From: Lepidodermella squamata
Taxonomy: Eukaryota > Animalia > Gastrotricha
Assembly: GCA_047495785.1 (NCBI GenBank)
Contig: JBLDXI010000055.1
Location: forward strand, 744,001-808,000
Direction: 5' to 3'
DNA: 64,000 nt
Shown in pieces: positions 60,694-64,000 of this stretch. Under the pieces are notes generated by a model, which had not been told where the DNA came from, searched no databases, and was given only the letters and a program-made list of their open reading frames with translations. Made by a program: the position numbers and the translations under genes. How positions within the stretch are numbered: position 1 is the stretch's first letter; every line of letters starts with the position of its first letter.

Positions 60694-62884
60694 ATGTCGA
60701 ATAGTTTCGACTCAGATTCGGACGACCCGTTGGTTCAAAATCTGTCGTGTTCTCTATGCCTCAGCATATTCAAAGACCCCAGGTCTATGCCAAACTGCTC
60801 TCATACGTATTGTTTGGAGTGCTTGAAACAACTTCCTGTCGAACGAAGGGGATCTTCAGCTTCCGTTAAATGTCCGCAATGTCGAGTGGAAAACTTCTTT
60901 ACTGGTTCAACGACAAACGTAAATGGTATTGTCGATCAGAGAAAAATTAATCTGAAAAATACGAGTATTGTTTTCGCAGATTTCCACGCAAATGTCGTTG
61001 TGAAAGGTGTTATCGAATCTCTTAGCGCGAAACGGAAAAAGGTTCGGCCTGAGCCTAGTAATAACTCATGTTCTCATCCCAACGAACCGGTTTGGCTACA
61101 ATGCAAGCACTGCGATGCAAGTTTTTGCGAGCTTTGCGGGGTTGTACACAAAGAAAAGCTGAAAAAGGCGGCGGTTGAAGCTGCATCACAGGTTTCCGCT
61201 ATTTTCTTGAATTCGTTGGTTTTCAATTGAGTTTCTAGGCTTTCAATGACTGCGAGAATAAAAGTCGGGCGAAGAAACGAGCCAATGAAGAAAAAATTGA
61301 GAATAGAACCCGGGAGGCGATTAGGAAAATTTATTCAACACGTGACGCGCTTCTACGATCTTTCACCGCTCACATTGATGCTATTACTGTAAAACTCGAC
61401 AATGAAGCAAGGTTAATCGAGCGAGACGAGAAAACGGCACTTGGATTGATTTTCGATTCTTGCATGGACTCGAATGTCGTAAATATTATGAAATCTCAAG
61501 CCGACTTGGTTCGTGCCACTTCGGTTTTAGACCTGGACGCGGATTATTTGGCGAAATTTCATCAGCAAATGACCCATTTCCAGGCATCGGTAACGTATGA
61601 CTCGGTAAATTAACACGTATTTTAGCGGTTTTGCATTTTAGATGGCTGATCTTGAAAAACGTGAGCCTGCTGAGTTGACAGTGGTCGACGATACGGAGAC
61701 TGTTCTCCCGAAATTGATTGCCGAGTCGGGAAAATTTTGCGATTTGATAACCATTAATTCTGGTTTCGATCTTAATCTTCTGAAATCGCGCCCTGCAAAT
61801 GAGCAAAAGAAAACGAGCACACCATTTAAAAAGCCACGGCTTTTGACGGGCGAAAAAGAGCAACAGAAGCCTGGATTTTTGTTGAGTTTCTTGAAACCGC
61901 TGCTCTATATTGAGCTGGAAGGAATGAAAAAAGTGGTCGCTTGCTCGGAACCGAATACCATTGCAGTACTTCATGGCAAAAGCCACGTTAGCGTAAGTTG
62001 ACCCGCCTTGTTTTCTGATCGATTTTACCACTATTTTCAGATTTTGGTTATTCAAGGCAATACGATTAAGACGACTCAGAAGTACCAATTCACCACGACA
62101 ATGGACGTCGATAACATTCGTGCTGTGAAAAATGGATTTGTCTATACCGTTACTAAACAGGAAAACAACAAATTTCAGCGCGGCATCGGTTACTTTCAGG
62201 CGAGCCCTGTTCCGAATGTCCCGCCTACAAATAGCATTACTTGGATGACTGAAAATTCGCACGCTCTCGAACAGCTTATAACATGTGATGACTGGCCGTG
62301 GTTCGCATTCTCCTACCACAACCGGAAATTGATGGCGATCGATATGCGAAAAGACCATAAACGAAGTCATTCGTTTACGTTCGACAATTCCCCTCGGCTG
62401 ATCGGCGTTTTGGAGTCATCGGCTGACAGGGTGTCGATTCTTTGCTCGTACGAGAAGGGTTATGCGGAATGTGTTTTTACATCTCGAGCTCCGCTCTTTG
62501 ATGTAGTTGCATGCAGTTTCAATCACGTTTCTTCAACCAGAATTGATGGAGAAATCGCTACGCTTGAAAAATCCTACGCTTTGGTACTCAACTCCAATCG
62601 AATTATCGTTAGTTAATATTATGGTGGTTGTTTTATGTCAGTTTTGGAATGTTTTTTACTTACAGAAAATCGAGAATTTTCCCAAAAAACCGGCTCTAGT
62701 TGGAAGCTATGTGCCAAAAACTGTGACTCACGCGACGATTGGTGAAAATTTGCTAATCAGAAGCTTGGCAGTAAAAACGATTGCGGATGCTCAATCACCC
62801 CCGAAAGAAGGCGTCGCTATGATCATTCAGAGTAGCGATGGAAAATTGCGTCTTATTGTCGAATCTTTCCCAGAATCTTTGTGA
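60694..62884 (+). CDS. TRIM-like E3 ligase K
   Basis: MSNSFDSDSDDPLVQNLSCSLCLSIFKDPRSMPNCSHTYCLECL..CPQCR (no first intron), CSH..CKHCDASFCELCGVVH, coiled coil, FKKPRL, beta-rich C-terminus. Confidence 0.8.
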
Positions 62885-63034
62885 TATTGGCCATTTATTG
62901 CTTTGGTGATATTTGTGAATTGTTTTAAACTGAGTAAAAGGCTTAGCTAGCTACATTTTCATTTAAATTTAAGATTTTCACGGTTTAATAGCTCTACTTT
63001 TACACGCTGTTATTATGTCATACTTCTCTCAATA

Positions 63035-64000
63035 ATGACGTCATATGAAGAGGTTGGTGATAACTTTGTGCTCCAAATTGTTCCATGTTGACCCTTTGCC
63101 GTTTTAGCTTGTAACTTGTTCTGTTTGCCTCGCGATCTATGAAGATCCGAAGATTTTACCGGCCTGTCCTCACACTTACTGTCTGAAATGCCTGGAGGGC
63201 ATGGCCGCCAAGAATGGCTATATAAATTGCCCAGACTGCCGTACACCCAGTCTTATTGGCAAAGACGGTCCTCAAGGTGAGTGAGAAATCAAGTTTTTCA
63301 ATGTCAAGTTACGCTGTTTTTGTAGGGTTCAAGTCGAATATTCTAGCGCAACAAGTGGCTGATAAAGTGCGAAAAGGGGACGATGGTAAAGTGTCAACCA
63401 ATGGAAAAGCGCCGAAAATAGTTGGCATCGCTCAAATTAAACAGCCTCAACGCATTGTTACGTCTGATAATTGTTTCTTGGTAGTTCACAGCGACCTGGA
63501 AATTTCGGTGAGTTGCATTTTAATCACTCGAATAACTCGAAAAAATCGCAATTGACCTTCAGATAACGGACGATAAAGGAATTGTTTCGAGCAACTTTAA
63601 AATTGAAAACCCGGAAGATTTGGAATACTTAATCATCGATGACGTAATTGCAGTTGGCGATCAAATCTTTTTCTCTTGTTCCTGTTCAGCTCCGAACTCG
63701 CCTCGCCGTATTTATCGCTTCTCTCGGTACTGGACAGGCCCTATTCGGCCGATCATGTTCACTTGGACCGAAATTGGGGACGCGTTTAGAGGACTCGCAG
63801 CCTCTCTGCCACTTGATATCTTAATCACGTGTGTAGATACTGAAGTTATCGGGTTCACCTCATTGACTGCATTGTCGAAATATGAGATGGCGTCGATAGC
63901 CTACCGTTGGGAAATCGGCGCAGCTCCTCATCTTCTTGGTTTGATGCCAACCCCAGAATTGAGAATAATCGCGTCTATAAACGGGAAATTAGCTACCGTT
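63035..64000 (+). CDS. RING plus beta-propeller-like protein L lacking B-box and coiled coil; runs off the window end
   Basis: MTSYEE/LVTCSVCLAIYEDPKILPACPHTYCLKCL..CPDCR../GFKSNILAQQVADKV, then directly IKQPQRIV..FLVVH..DAFRGLAAS..RWEIGAAPH, homologous to the C-terminal domains of A-D. Confidence 0.75.

Noticed and set aside
61486-62370. 294-aa minus-strand ORF
   Set aside because: Antisense shadow over TRIM K exons and introns, with no recognisable domain.
1-64000. Assigning a species, or named TRIM and nAChR orthologs
   Set aside because: A compact-intron invertebrate is supported, but the sequences are too divergent to name without searches.

Overview
Gene-dense eukaryotic (invertebrate animal-type) genomic DNA with very short GT-AG introns (mostly about 45-65 nt), so the ORF track fragments nearly every gene; gene models here were assembled by hand from splice sites and reading phase. 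Contents in order: (1) the 3' end of a two-domain trypsin-family gene (active domain plus pseudo-protease). (2) A tandem duplication holding two intact copies of an unusual gene: signal peptide, two legume/L-type-lectin-like domains and a Ser/Thr mucin stalk spliced in frame onto a complete Cys-loop pentameric ligand-gated ion channel (pLGIC) subunit, followed by a conventional nAChR-like gene (pseudogenised in the first unit). (3) Twelve divergent RING E3-ligase genes (TRIM-like: RING, B-box, coiled coil, putative beta-propeller); eight are head-to-tail with 100-200 bp spacers that look like a trans-spliced operon. (4) Several genes resembling non-animal families, here with introns: glutathionyl-hydroquinone reductase, a TPS1/OtsA-type trehalose-6-phosphate synthase with predicted signal peptide and C-terminal membrane anchor, a secreted GH16 enzyme, and two SAP plus degenerate 2OG-Fe(II) oxygenase genes. 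(5) A flavin monooxygenase, an orphan Ig-like membrane protein, two Cys/Tyr-rich proteins ending in PPRVFFR, and LINE and Crypton-like transposon remnants. No rRNA, tRNA or CRISPR array was seen. The lead candidate for a new system is the lectin-fused Cys-loop channel. Family assignments come from motif recognition, not database searches.
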